Part shown: positions 20,006-30,200 of the stretch, piece by piece
How the letters are laid out: every line of letters begins with the position of its first letter
Position numbering within the stretch: the first letter of the stretch is position 1
Source: a virus
Reading direction: 5' to 3' (one strand)
IMG/VR virus record: IMGVR_UViG_3300031857_022279
Length of the DNA stretch: 64,000 bases
Program-made: the position numbers and the translations under genes
Notes under the pieces: model-generated
What the model was told of the DNA's origin: nothing
The model's input: only the letters and a program-made list of their open reading frames with translations
Databases searched by the model: none

Positions 20006-20620
20006 ATGGGTACTATGTCTAAATCAGAAAAAGAGCATAATCGTATTAACGATGAGTTTGATATGATACAAGAAGAGAATAGAGATTTTGATATTTCTAG
20101 TCACTTGGCCAAAGTTGACGACTTACCAGATTTAGGTCAAATCGAATTATATGACTATGACTCAGATCTTACAGTCGTTGCTCAAAAAGGATTAGAAGTG
20201 ATTGAATCACTTGTAGATTTATACCTTAGTGAGTTTGGTGATTTAAAAAACCATCCATATATCAGAAATAAAGTAAAAGAAGATGCGATGGTTTACGCTG
20301 AGACATTATTTTTATCTAAAATGACTAGAAAAAACTTTTTAACGCAGTTAAGACAGATTGATAATGGTGACAATTCTGCTAGAATGCATGAAGTAATAAA
20401 CCAAACGATCAGAGAAGTTCGAGAGAATTCTAAATTTTCATCTTCTCAAAGGACCGAGTTAGAGCAATATTACAAGACATTTAGAGAGGATTTAAGTGAA
20501 GTCGCTTCTACTATGAAGAAAGATGGTGGTTCTAATTCTGGTGGAGACGATGGAACAATAGTTGATAGTAAGAAATTAAATGACTTAATTTCCGAGGCTA
20601 TGAAGAAGAAAAAGAGTTAA
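20006..20620 (+). CDS. Probable terminase small subunit
   Basis: Divergent from terL. SARMHEVINQTI resembles the T4-like TerS PRAYEV motif; the C-terminal DSKKLNDLI helix also fits. Confidence 0.5.
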   Translation: MGTMSKSEKEHNRINDEFDMIQEENRDFDISSHLAKVDDLPDLGQIELYDYDSDLTVVAQKGLEVIESLVDLYLSEFGDLKNHPYIRNKVKEDAMVYAETLFLSKMTRKNFLTQLRQIDNGDNSARMHEVINQTIREVRENSKFSSSQRTELEQYYKTFREDLSEVASTMKKDGGSNSGGDDGTIVDSKKLNDLISEAMKKKKS

Positions 20621-21462
20621 ATCCTATTAAAGTTTTCAAAGCTTCTAACTATGTTAGAGTACTCTAATTGAACTTGAAACTCATTGAATCTATTTGCATT
20701 GTTGTGTGTACATTCCTTAATGACTAAAAAGTTGTCATCATTTTTGAGTTTATCTTTAACAATTAGTTTTACATCATTTTGGGTTTTGATTAATAAACTT
20801 TCAAGTAGCTTATTAAGATCTTTAGTCATAGAAATGGATTTTGGATTATCATCGTAGAAAGTAATCTGATTATAATTATCAATTGTTTCAGAAGTTAGAA
20901 TATCTCCATCTGTTTTAAGACCAATCAAGTGTTGCAAAATTAATCTCGATTTTATATAAGCTAAATTGTCATCATTTTTATTAAAAAAAGTTTCTGATAT
21001 AAAGTAATATTTTTTAACTAATAGTCCTTTTTCTTTTAATTTTTCTTCTAAGTTTTCTATTTGTTTTGTAAAGTATTCTTTTTTATTCTTTGAGCATATT
21101 ATATAAATATCATCATTTGTATTAATGACATTATTAAAAAGTGAAAGTTCTAATTTGAATTCAAGATGTTCAGCCACTGATGGGTTAAGAAATTCTTGAA
21201 GAGATATTCCTAAATTTGAAATATCAACTTTGTGTTTCTTTGATTTCACTTTTAGTGTGTTCATGAATTCGTTAGATAACCAAAATGTTTTTCCATTAAA
21301 ATTTAGTTTATTACCTTGTGATTTATAAATCCCAGATTTAAATAAATTAAAATCAGAAGTTTCAAGTTTTAAGATAGGTATATTTGGATTGTTTTTATCA
21401 ACAATCCAGGGTTTTGAGTCTATTTTTAGAATTACATCTAAGTCAATAAAATGAGCATTCAT
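20617..21462 (-). CDS. Hypothetical protein, HAD-like fold
   Basis: FIDLDVIL (DxD) at the N-terminus, IYIICS, ITFYDDN. Confidence 0.5.
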   Translation of the reverse strand: MNAHFIDLDVILKIDSKPWIVDKNNPNIPILKLETSDFNLFKSGIYKSQGNKLNFNGKTFWLSNEFMNTLKVKSKKHKVDISNLGISLQEFLNPSVAEHLEFKLELSLFNNVINTNDDIYIICSKNKKEYFTKQIENLEEKLKEKGLLVKKYYFISETFFNKNDDNLAYIKSRLILQHLIGLKTDGDILTSETIDNYNQITFYDDNPKSISMTKDLNKLLESLLIKTQNDVKLIVKDKLKNDDNFLVIKECTHNNANRFNEFQVQLEYSNIVRSFENFNRI

Positions 21463-21481
21463 AACATCTTATATATAAAAA

Positions 21482-21504
21482 ACCCACTCTATAAAAGAGT
21501 GGGT
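21482..21504. terminator. Hairpin / terminator
   Basis: acccactct-ataaa-agagtgggt. Confidence 0.6.
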
Positions 21505-21530
21505 CTTAATTTTTAGTTAATTTTTATTTT

Positions 21531-21986
21531 TTAAATGAATCCCTTTTCTAATGAAAATTCAAACAAGGTTGGTAAGTTGAGATATTTTGAAAATAAGTCT
21601 CTAACCTGACCTGTTGTCTTTGATTTTTTCAATATTGCAATAATTTTTAAACCAAATTCTTCTTGAAAGTCTAAGCAGCAGTCAATCCAATTCACTTTAT
21701 AGTTATTTGAGAATCTCCATTCTTTATCTCCGCCTGATAGCCAATAAAGACACTTTTCAGGTGATATATTATAGAGATTTACATCTTTTAATTCAATTTC
21801 CCAAAATTTGCTATTTTTATTCTTACTTTTCATTAAAATTGCGATTGCTTCTGCTATGTCGTTTGTAACTAGATTTCCTATTTCGAAATAGTAATTGTCT
21901 CCTTCTTTGTCGACTTTTACTTGATTATCTGACCAATAGTCAAAGCTTCTCATAGTATCTACTTTTTTAAACTTTCTCATAAACAT
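21531..21986 (-). CDS. Hypothetical protein
   Basis: 151-aa ORF. Confidence 0.7.
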   Translation of the reverse strand: MFMRKFKKVDTMRSFDYWSDNQVKVDKEGDNYYFEIGNLVTNDIAEAIAILMKSKNKNSKFWEIELKDVNLYNISPEKCLYWLSGGDKEWRFSNNYKVNWIDCCLDFQEEFGLKIIAILKKSKTTGQVRDLFSKYLNLPTLFEFSLEKGFI

Positions 21987-22000
21987 ACTTATTTTTTATA

Positions 22001-22288
22001 TCAACTTTGATTAATTCCCGAATTCCAATTTCCTTTAAAATTACCTCCTTCAAATATTCCGTTTTCCCAATTCCCGTAAAAATTACCATTTTTAAATACT
22101 CCGAATTTCCATTCTCCAGAATAAAAGTTCCCAGAATGCCAAATAATTGTGTTTTTCTTTATTTCGATTTTAGCGTCTTCAATTTCTGAGTCTACTAACC
22201 AGTAAAATTTTTGACTTATAAGTAAATCCTCTATTTTCGATTGACTTTTTATTGACTTGTTGTCAATCAACAATTCTGCGTATCTCAT
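22001..22288 (-). CDS. Hypothetical protein with G-x-aromatic pentapeptide-like repeats
   Basis: WHSGNFYSGEWKFGVFKNGNFYGNWENGIFEGGNFKGNW; upstream AATATATA. Confidence 0.7.
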   Translation of the reverse strand: MRYAELLIDNKSIKSQSKIEDLLISQKFYWLVDSEIEDAKIEIKKNTIIWHSGNFYSGEWKFGVFKNGNFYGNWENGIFEGGNFKGNWNSGINQS

Positions 22289-22374
22289 AACTATGAGTTA
22301 TATATTCATGTAATTTTACCACTTAATATTCTAATCTTATTTTTTTCAAAATTTAGATTATTAAAAATTAAAAA

Positions 22375-22409
22375 AGTCCAAAATCTTTATCTGGTAAAGA
22401 TTTTGGACT
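22375..22409. terminator. 15-bp-stem hairpin terminator
   Basis: agtccaaaatcttta-tctgg-taaagattttggact. Confidence 0.7.
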
Positions 22410-22433
22410 GTTAAGGATTCTTTAATTAATATT

Positions 22434-22820
22434 TTATTTCAATCCATCAAGAAATTTACGTTCATTAGTGGATAGTGATTCCATTCCAGATTTAGAAATT
22501 TTATCAAGAATTACATCAAGTCGGTCACGTTTTTGTTCACCATCCTGATAGTTAGTGTGTTTAGATTTGATCGTTAAGCTTGGTAGAGTTTTTAAGTTCG
22601 ATATAAACTCATCATTGAAAATTATATCTTTTTTAACACTGTGGTGAACAAGACCAATGATCTTATGAGTTTCTGAATCTATAAATACTTTAGTATAACC
22701 ATCTTCTGAGAGTTTGAATAGATATTCTGCATCAATATTTATCAAATCATTATCGATACAGAGTTGATGATATTCTTCAAATTCTGAATATCGAGTAAGA
22801 TGTATTGCTTGTACTTTCAT
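22434..22820 (-). CDS. Hypothetical protein with a C-terminal DUF6576-like helix pair
   Basis: RLDVILDKISKSGMESLSTNERKFLD resembles the C-terminal domain of Bacteroidota rhomboid proteases. Confidence 0.55.
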   Translation of the reverse strand: MKVQAIHLTRYSEFEEYHQLCIDNDLINIDAEYLFKLSEDGYTKVFIDSETHKIIGLVHHSVKKDIIFNDEFISNLKTLPSLTIKSKHTNYQDGEQKRDRLDVILDKISKSGMESLSTNERKFLDGLK

Positions 22821-22970
22821 ATTCTATTATTATTTAGTAAATATAAGATAAAATTAATGATTTACAAAATTTTATTTAGAATTTTTCTCCTTGTTTACTT
22901 TAAATATAATATAAAACTTAAATTATCAAATCTGATTTTTTATATATACGAAAAACCCAAAGTCATTTTT

Positions 22971-25900
22971 ATGAGAAAAATACTCACTCGTGAATCATAT
23001 TTAAGAGAACTAAATACTAACTTATATTCAAAATATACTGGAATAGAACCTATTAATGAGGAAGCTCCTTTTGCGAGTGATATTCCTTGGGGAGATTCAC
23101 TTATCGGTAGATTGATAAATTCGATATCTCGTAAGTCAAGAATAGCTTTCAACAAAACAAGGATAAGTGGACTTGTAAGAGGGTTGAAATCCATTTTTGA
23201 TGAAATCATGGAAATGGGTAAAATTGAAATTGTCGGTGACGCAACTGATTTAATTAATTTTATCCGAATCTCGGATTTATTGAAATTACTAAGTGAGCAA
23301 GTTCGAGACGAGGAAGATGTTTCGGTTTTAATCGATACAACTAATCAATTAATTGATACTGTTAAGCGATATGAGTCTGAAAATAAAGATAAAATGTTGA
23401 ATGCGTTAGAGGAGTTTTTAGAATATCTAAAGGGACTTAAATCCGGTAAAATTTCAGATGATTCAGATGATTCAGATGATTCAGAAAAGGATTCTATTGA
23501 GGACCCAACTCAAATATTCTATAAAAATTCAAGAATTCTTCTACAGTCTATAGTGGATTTATCAAGACTTATAAAACAAAATGTTGTTAGAATAAGTGGC
23601 GGTAGTGAAGAATATGAAAATAAGATAATTTCAAAAAGATCTACTCTTAAAGTTGGTAGTGAATATCTTTATATCAATAGTAAGGGTGAGAAATTTAGAT
23701 GTAAATTATTAAGCCTAGATAATAAGATAGAAAGAGCTGATGATAAGAAATGGCTCACAACGGATGATAAAAAAGGCACTAAACTCAATAAAGATCAGGC
23801 TTGTGTTGTATATAAGAAGAAACTAGATGATTATGGTGATAATTTCAAAAGCGAAGTTGTTGAAATCTTAAAACTTTACAGCTTAGATGGCAAAGAGCCA
23901 CAAAAAGTTGAAAAACCTGGTACTGATGTTTCTACATTCTTTAACGTTGAAAAATTTAAAAATCTAGAAAAAACTTATCAAACTTCAAAGAATCCATCAC
24001 AACTTAAAGAACTCATTAAAATGTGTCAATCCGGTGTTAAGATTTTTACATCTAAAAAAGACGCGGTAAATATAAAATTCTATACAGATAAGTTGAATTC
24101 TTACTCACTAATTTTAGCAAGACAACAGGCAAAAGGTCTTAATATTTCTACAACTGTGCAGAAAAAAATTACAAAACCAGGAGGTGGATTTACTTATAAA
24201 GACACTGGAGTTCAAAAGACTCTTAAACAACTTCAAGATGATATTTCTTCATTTTCTAAGAAGACCTATTCCATAGAGATTCCTGTAAAGGTATATGCAT
24301 CATTTGAGTTTGAAACTATTGAACATGAGTTGATGAATGAGGCAGAGGCTAATCTTGGTAAACAAGAGGTGTTGGCTCAAAATGCTTGGAAAAAGGTTGT
24401 AAAGGCACATAATGATTCTAAAATAGAGACTTATGTGAAATCGATAGAAGATTTACTTGCAGTAACAGTTAAAGATGGTAAAGATACTTTAAAGTCAGCG
24501 AAGAAAGATATAAATTCGCTAGGCAAACAAGTAATTTTAAACAAATCAACAGTTGGTACACCAATCTCATTTGAGAGTCTTATAAAAGAGGGAGTAAATA
24601 TAAATGACTTATCTAAGTCAATCTCACTTTTTGCCAGAGTAATACTTGCATTTAAAGAAGATATGTCACTTGTTGGTAGTTATGGTTCGGTAATAAAGCC
24701 GATGAAGTCATTTATAAACTCTTTTGATGTTTTGACTAAGACATTACCAAAACTGACAAATGAGTCTGTTTTAGGATTTTCTAGATTTTCTAAACTAAAT
24801 GAAAAAAATGAGTTTTCTCCACAAATTAAAGAGAAATTTGATGAGATATTCACAAATGATATTAAGGAGATGTTTACTGTTAAAGATAGAGCAGAGTTAG
24901 AAAATCGAGTAAAGGAAGTTCAAGAAGGTGAATTGGTAATATCAACATCTGATCCAATTATAGAAATTGTAAGATTGTTTAATAGAGCTTGGAGAATACA
25001 TACACCTGGTGTTATCCCATCTGGAAGAACAGGTGGAAAAGTTTCAAACTCGGTTTTTAGAGAGTATGAAAACTTAGGAGGAGGCGGTGGTACACCGGAT
25101 TCACCAGGTTCAGGTCCATATAGAAACATTGAATTATATGAACAATGGTTTGAAGCTGTTCAAGACATTTTAAGTGATACTAAGTATAGACCAGTTTTTA
25201 GTGAAAATACTACTTTTATATTTAGAAATGAAGAAACTGGTCAATCTGGTGATCCAGTAAGAAAGCCAGGTAAAATACTTCTCTCATTTATTAATAGACT
25301 TTTAAGTGATACAAAAATGTATACAGGTGGTTCAATGAATAAATTTATAGAAGAGTATTTTGATTTAAAGAGTGAGAACACACCTCCACTTACTGAACCA
25401 GGTTTTTCAAAAGATATAGAGTTGAATGCTAAAACTACAGAGGAAATTGTTGTAGACGATGTAAAGTTTGCAAAAATTGATTCTGTTACTGCTTTTAGTA
25501 AGTATGCGGGAGATTTGGCTAAATTATTTATCGATACAACAAAAGACTCTGAAACTGATGAACCAATGAATCAGAAATATAAAAACTTATGTTTCAAGGT
25601 AAAGGTTAAAATAGGAGATAAAGAAAAAACACTCTTTTGGAACTATAAAGGACTTGCTATGGGATATCCAATTTTCTTGTTTTCGAGTGGTAATCTACCA
25701 TATAATCTAACAAAGGTTGGTGGTGATATCAAAAAAACAGAACTACCAAAAGATGTTAAATTATCTAGTCTTTTAAAAACAGGAGCTACTTTAAAGGTAG
25801 GTAATACTACGAAAGTAAGATATGCAGATATAGATGAGCCCTCTAGAGCTTCATTAAATGATGGTATCAATGACAGTAGAGTTGATATGGTAATAAATTC

Positions 25901-26042
25901 TATAGAAATTTTGGTTAATAAAAAGGATAATACTCCGTATTTGAAGTTCGAAGATAATTATACACCTGGTAAAATAGGTACAGAAATTAATAATAACTAC
26001 ACAAAGTCTAGTGTTGCTAAAAACATGGTAATAGAAAAATGA
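22971..26042 (+). CDS. Large hypothetical protein, probably virion/internal
   Basis: ORF track starts at 22800, but ATG 22971 (MRKILTRESYLRE) follows a TATATATA motif. Confidence 0.75.
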   Translation: MRKILTRESYLRELNTNLYSKYTGIEPINEEAPFASDIPWGDSLIGRLINSISRKSRIAFNKTRISGLVRGLKSIFDEIMEMGKIEIVGDATDLINFIRISDLLKLLSEQVRDEEDVSVLIDTTNQLIDTVKRYESENKDKMLNALEEFLEYLKGLKSGKISDDSDDSDDSEKDSIEDPTQIFYKNSRILLQSIVDLSRLIKQNVVRISGGSEEYENKIISKRSTLKVGSEYLYINSKGEKFRCKLLSLDNKIERADDKKWLTTDDKKGTKLNKDQACVVYKKKLDDYGDNFKSEVVEILKLYSLDGKEPQKVEKPGTDVSTFFNVEKFKNLEKTYQTSKNPSQLKELIKMCQSGVKIFTSKKDAVNIKFYTDKLNSYSLILARQQAKGLNISTTVQKKITKPGGGFTYKDTGVQKTLKQLQDDISSFSKKTYSIEIPVKVYASFEFETIEHELMNEAEANLGKQEVLAQNAWKKVVKAHNDSKIETYVKSIEDLLAVTVKDGKDTLKSAKKDINSLGKQVILNKSTVGTPISFESLIKEGVNINDLSKSISLFARVILAFKEDMSLVGSYGSVIKPMKSFINSFDVLTKTLPKLTNESVLGFSRFSKLNEKNEFSPQIKEKFDEIFTNDIKEMFTVKDRAELENRVKEVQEGELVISTSDPIIEIVRLFNRAWRIHTPGVIPSGRTGGKVSNSVFREYENLGGGGGTPDSPGSGPYRNIELYEQWFEAVQDILSDTKYRPVFSENTTFIFRNEETGQSGDPVRKPGKILLSFINRLLSDTKMYTGGSMNKFIEEYFDLKSENTPPLTEPGFSKDIELNAKTTEEIVVDDVKFAKIDSVTAFSKYAGDLAKLFIDTTKDSETDEPMNQKYKNLCFKVKVKIGDKEKTLFWNYKGLAMGYPIFLFSSGNLPYNLTKVGGDIKKTELPKDVKLSSLLKTGATLKVGNTTKVRYADIDEPSRASLNDGINDSRVDMVINSIEILVNKKDNTPYLKFEDNYTPGKIGTEINNNYTKSSVAKNMVIEK

Positions 26043-26509
26043 AGAATTTAATGACATTTGAGAGTTTTTTTGGTCTTTTCGGAAAAAAGGATAAAAAGTC
26101 AGAAGACAAAACAAAAGAAGTAAAAAAAAGACAACCATTTGTTATGCCATTTTTTTCAAAAGAAGATGATTTACTTGCCAAAAAAGTGTACAATTCACTC
26201 AAGTCCGCAATTGAAACAGGTGATAAAAAAGTCGGAGCTATTGGTAAATATGCCGACTATAAAAGAACTATTACCTTTGAATCAAATGGTAATAAATATA
26301 ATATTGCTATTCAAAAATCTTCATCAAAAAGAAGAGATACCACAAAACTTTTCATAGGATTAACAAAACCGGAATATTATACTCTTGTTATAAATAACAG
26401 ACATTATAATGTTTCTGAAGGTATTTGTAAGGATATCTGGAATTTATTAGATAAAGATTACTCAAAAAACTGGAAAAATAAGTCAGATATAGAGAAGGAT
26501 TTTGAATAA
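26039..26509 (+). CDS. Hypothetical protein (CTS-like N-terminus MKNLMTFESF)
   Basis: ATGA overlap with the upstream gene. Confidence 0.7.
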   Translation: MKNLMTFESFFGLFGKKDKKSEDKTKEVKKRQPFVMPFFSKEDDLLAKKVYNSLKSAIETGDKKVGAIGKYADYKRTITFESNGNKYNIAIQKSSSKRRDTTKLFIGLTKPEYYTLVINNRHYNVSEGICKDIWNLLDKDYSKNWKNKSDIEKDFE

Positions 26510-26538
26510 ATTTCAATTTTAGGTTAATATATAAGTGT

Positions 26539-27162
26539 ATGAAATACTTAAAACAGTTTAAACTTTTCTTAGAAGCTGATGAGTTAGTTGGAACAGATGA
26601 TATTAATTCTGTAGAAGATGACAAGTCATTAGATGTTAGTACAGAAAAGGCCCAAAAAGATTCATTAGCAGAGGTTCAAAGGAAATTAAAAGAGTTTCAA
26701 GCTAAGAAACAATCTATGGAGAATATTTTTAACGATCCTAAAATTGAAAAGGACGCTGACCTTGAAAAAGAATTACTTTCTTCAGTTTATAATAGTAAAA
26801 AAGAAACTAGACAAAGAAACAAATATCTTAGAGATTTTGAGTCGGTTTTAAGGCAGGAGCGTAGAAAAAAGAAACTACAGATGGCTATTTCTACTGATGA
26901 AGATAGAATAAAAAAAACTAATGATGAGATTAATCGATTAAACGATGATATTAAGATGGATATAACACCAGACAGAGAGTCTCAGATAAAGAGTAGCTTG
27001 GATAGAAATAGAAAGAAATTAGTAGAATTGAAAGATAATATTCAAAAAAATAAATCCATATTAAACCGAGATGTCCTTAATTGGCAAAAGAAGAGAGAGG
27101 ACTTTAAGAGAGATATGAAAGATGAGGAAGATAGAATAAAAAAACTTTCAAGTAAAATATAA
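26539..27162 (+). CDS. Hypothetical coiled-coil protein (CTS-like N-terminus MKYLKQFKLFLEA)
   Basis: 207 aa; AATATATA at 26526-26533. Confidence 0.75.
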   Translation: MKYLKQFKLFLEADELVGTDDINSVEDDKSLDVSTEKAQKDSLAEVQRKLKEFQAKKQSMENIFNDPKIEKDADLEKELLSSVYNSKKETRQRNKYLRDFESVLRQERRKKKLQMAISTDEDRIKKTNDEINRLNDDIKMDITPDRESQIKSSLDRNRKKLVELKDNIQKNKSILNRDVLNWQKKREDFKRDMKDEEDRIKKLSSKI

Positions 27163-27228
27163 AAATAGAAAAAAATTGGTTTTTTCTTTTAATATATAAA
27201 ACATAAAATAAAAAATAATTAAAAAAAT

Positions 27229-30200
27229 ATGGCAATTCAAATCGGTAAATACAAAAGACCCGGTATCTTCATCGAAGAAATTGACAAGACCATTGTAACC
27301 AGTCCTCCAGTAGACACTGTGTTTTCAAATCTTGTTGTTGGTTTCTCTAGAAAAGGACCAGTTAACTCAGCTATTCTACTGAATAACTTGAGTGATCTCG
27401 AAAATACTTTCGGGTCTATTGACAGAGGATTAGAAAGAAGAGGTTCATTCTTTCATAGAACAATTACTAAAATGTTAGAAGCTGGACCAATTTATGGTAT
27501 GAATTTGTTGGTGACTGACGATACACTCGACACAGTTGAGTATCAGTCTTTATCTGCAACAACTTTTAAAAACAACGATATCGAAAGAATCGATTCTTAC
27601 AGAAAGTTTTTCGATACTACTGGTTTCTGGAAAAGAGATCCAGAGGCTTTTGTTGACTTAACAAGATCAAATCCTGGTTATGCTGGAAGAGTACTTAACC
27701 TAACAAACTTGGGTGATAAGTATATGACAGTATTTGTAATCAAGTCTAAAGTGAGTGGATTCGACAGATCTATGCTTGAGTGGTATGGTTCAAAAGAAAA
27801 ATTACCACCATACGTATATCCAACTGATTTGGCATCTGACTATTTAGTAGATGTTGTTGCAGTGGGTGGTGACTGGTCTAACTACTCAGAATTGTCTGTT
27901 GATCCAAGATGGACTCTATACTTCGCTGAAGATGGATTGAAGAAAAATCAATTAAGTGCTTTTGCAAATGATAGAAACGTAACACTATTAGGTTACTACG
28001 AAGGTGTATCTTTGATTCCATATTTTAGAGATTTAAATGGTAGAAACATATTTATAGAATCTGTAATTAATAAAGATACTGACAAAACCGGCTTATTCTG
28101 TGCATTTAATAACGAAATTTTCGAAACCGACTACCCAACAGGTCTAGTTGACTTGATAGGTAATTCATTAGTTGGTGATAACTTACTCAGTAATCCACCA
28201 AGTTCAGAAGCAACTTACTATCAATCATTAGATGCTAATGATGGTCTTGCGGATGGAGAACTTTCTATTAAATTCTTGTCATATGAGGAACAAATTACAG
28301 AAACAATCGCTATTACTAATAAAGTACTCGACAGACCTGGTAACGTATTTGGTCTTTTCGGAACTAACTCGACTTTGTTATCTAACGCTGGTGCTCGTTC
28401 GGCACAAGGCGGATTCACTCACTCGTTGAATGACTCTGGAGTTGTTAGAGGTGGTGTTGTTAGTGGTCCAAATGATGATACAAATTTAAATTACATTAAG
28501 TGGCCAAATAGAACTTACTGGTTCTCTGAGGGATATGTTAATGATTTATTTAGAAGTGGTGATCTTATCACAACATCTTCGAGTGTTACGGCTAACTATA
28601 CAGTTGACTCTATATCAGATAATGGTTATGCTGTAATTGGTGGGTCATTGGTTTCAATACCTTCTGGTACACAATCTTTAGAGTTATTGTATACAGATTA
28701 TCCACAATTACCAACAACTTCAGGTACACAATCTTACAATATTGCATATGTACTTGATACAAATGGTAATGTTCAAGTTAAGAAGTCTACAGTTCCAAAT
28801 ACTAAGGTTACTGTATCAGCTAACGATGTAGTTCTTAGCTGGGGTACAGTTAGCTTATACGGAGGTAGATTCTCCGGAGGAGCGTCTGCGACTGCTAGTA
28901 TCACCGACGTTACAGTTGATGCTACAACTGGTGGTGGTGGTTTGGCATACATTCCACTTCAATTTGGAGTTGATTATACTCTCAGTACAACATCTACATT
29001 GACTGAAGTTTTAGCAGAAGGTGATATTCTTATTACATTCTTGAATACTAATTCGACTCCAGATGTTAAAAACTATGAGCAATATAGAAAGTTCAAGATG
29101 TTTAATACACTCTTAACTTATATTAATACTTCTAATACGTTCAAAGGACTTGTTTTACTTGATCCAAGAACTACGACTACCAAAAAGCCTTTGAGTGAAG
29201 TTTCATTCAGAAGTTTCCAAACTGGAACAACTGTAAATAAATCTTTTGTTATGTCAACTGGTTTGACAAGTGCTGAGATTGCTGAATTAGTAACTTACGG
29301 CGAATTAGTATTCTACAAAATCGACGATGAATTCTTGATTGACTACATTGGTCTTGAGACTAAAAATACTATACCAGTGTTAGATGGTTCTACTGCTTCT
29401 ATTGGTGTTGTTGGTAAGTATTCATCTTACTATACTCAATATGATCAAGGAAATATCAGTACTGGTGATGTATTCTTCCAAAATGAACTTTGGGAAGGAG
29501 TAGAAGTTCAGTTCATCGAAGGAGCTGGAATAACAGCATCTTTAGATGGATATAACTACTTAATGTTCAAAGTTACAGAAGGTGGTACATACACTACACA
29601 AAACAAATCTTATCTTGCTAACTTTGACACAGGATTAGCTGGCGATCAGTTCACTGATCCAGTTTATGGATATCAATTCCTTGTAGGTGGAACATTAAAC
29701 AAAGGTGTGTTTACTGCGAAATGGGACGCTGGATTAGCAATCGAAAATGGACTTACATTACCTGCTGACGCAACTGGCGCACTTGGTGGTAGAGCTTACT
29801 TGATTGGTTCTTACAGCAATGGATTACAAGAAGGTATCAACACCGCATCTTATAGCTACTTTGCATATGAAGTGAAAGAAGTTGTAACAGATGAGATGGT
29901 AAATGTTGATAAAGTATATGGTTACAACACTGAGTTTAGCGGGTCACCTATTTACTTAGTAAATTCAACAGATGACAGTGGTAACTTGACAGTAGAATTT
30001 AAACAATCCGATTTGTCAACTGATTCAATCTTGAGTTCAGAGAACGCTACAGTTGGAAGCGCTTTAGCAACAAACGGAACACTGTTTATCAAATCTGAGA
30101 AAGGTAATTATAAGCAAACTTTGGAACTTGAATATCCATCTGGTTGGACACCTATTCCAAACAAAGTTCTTGTTAAGAGAAGCAGATACGGCGAAGTTAA

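Noticed and set aside
22800-22970. 57-aa N-terminal extension of the 1080-aa ORF
   Set aside because: It overlaps a divergent gene start, is low-complexity AT-rich intergenic sequence, and contains the promoter-like motif; ATG 22971 is preferred.
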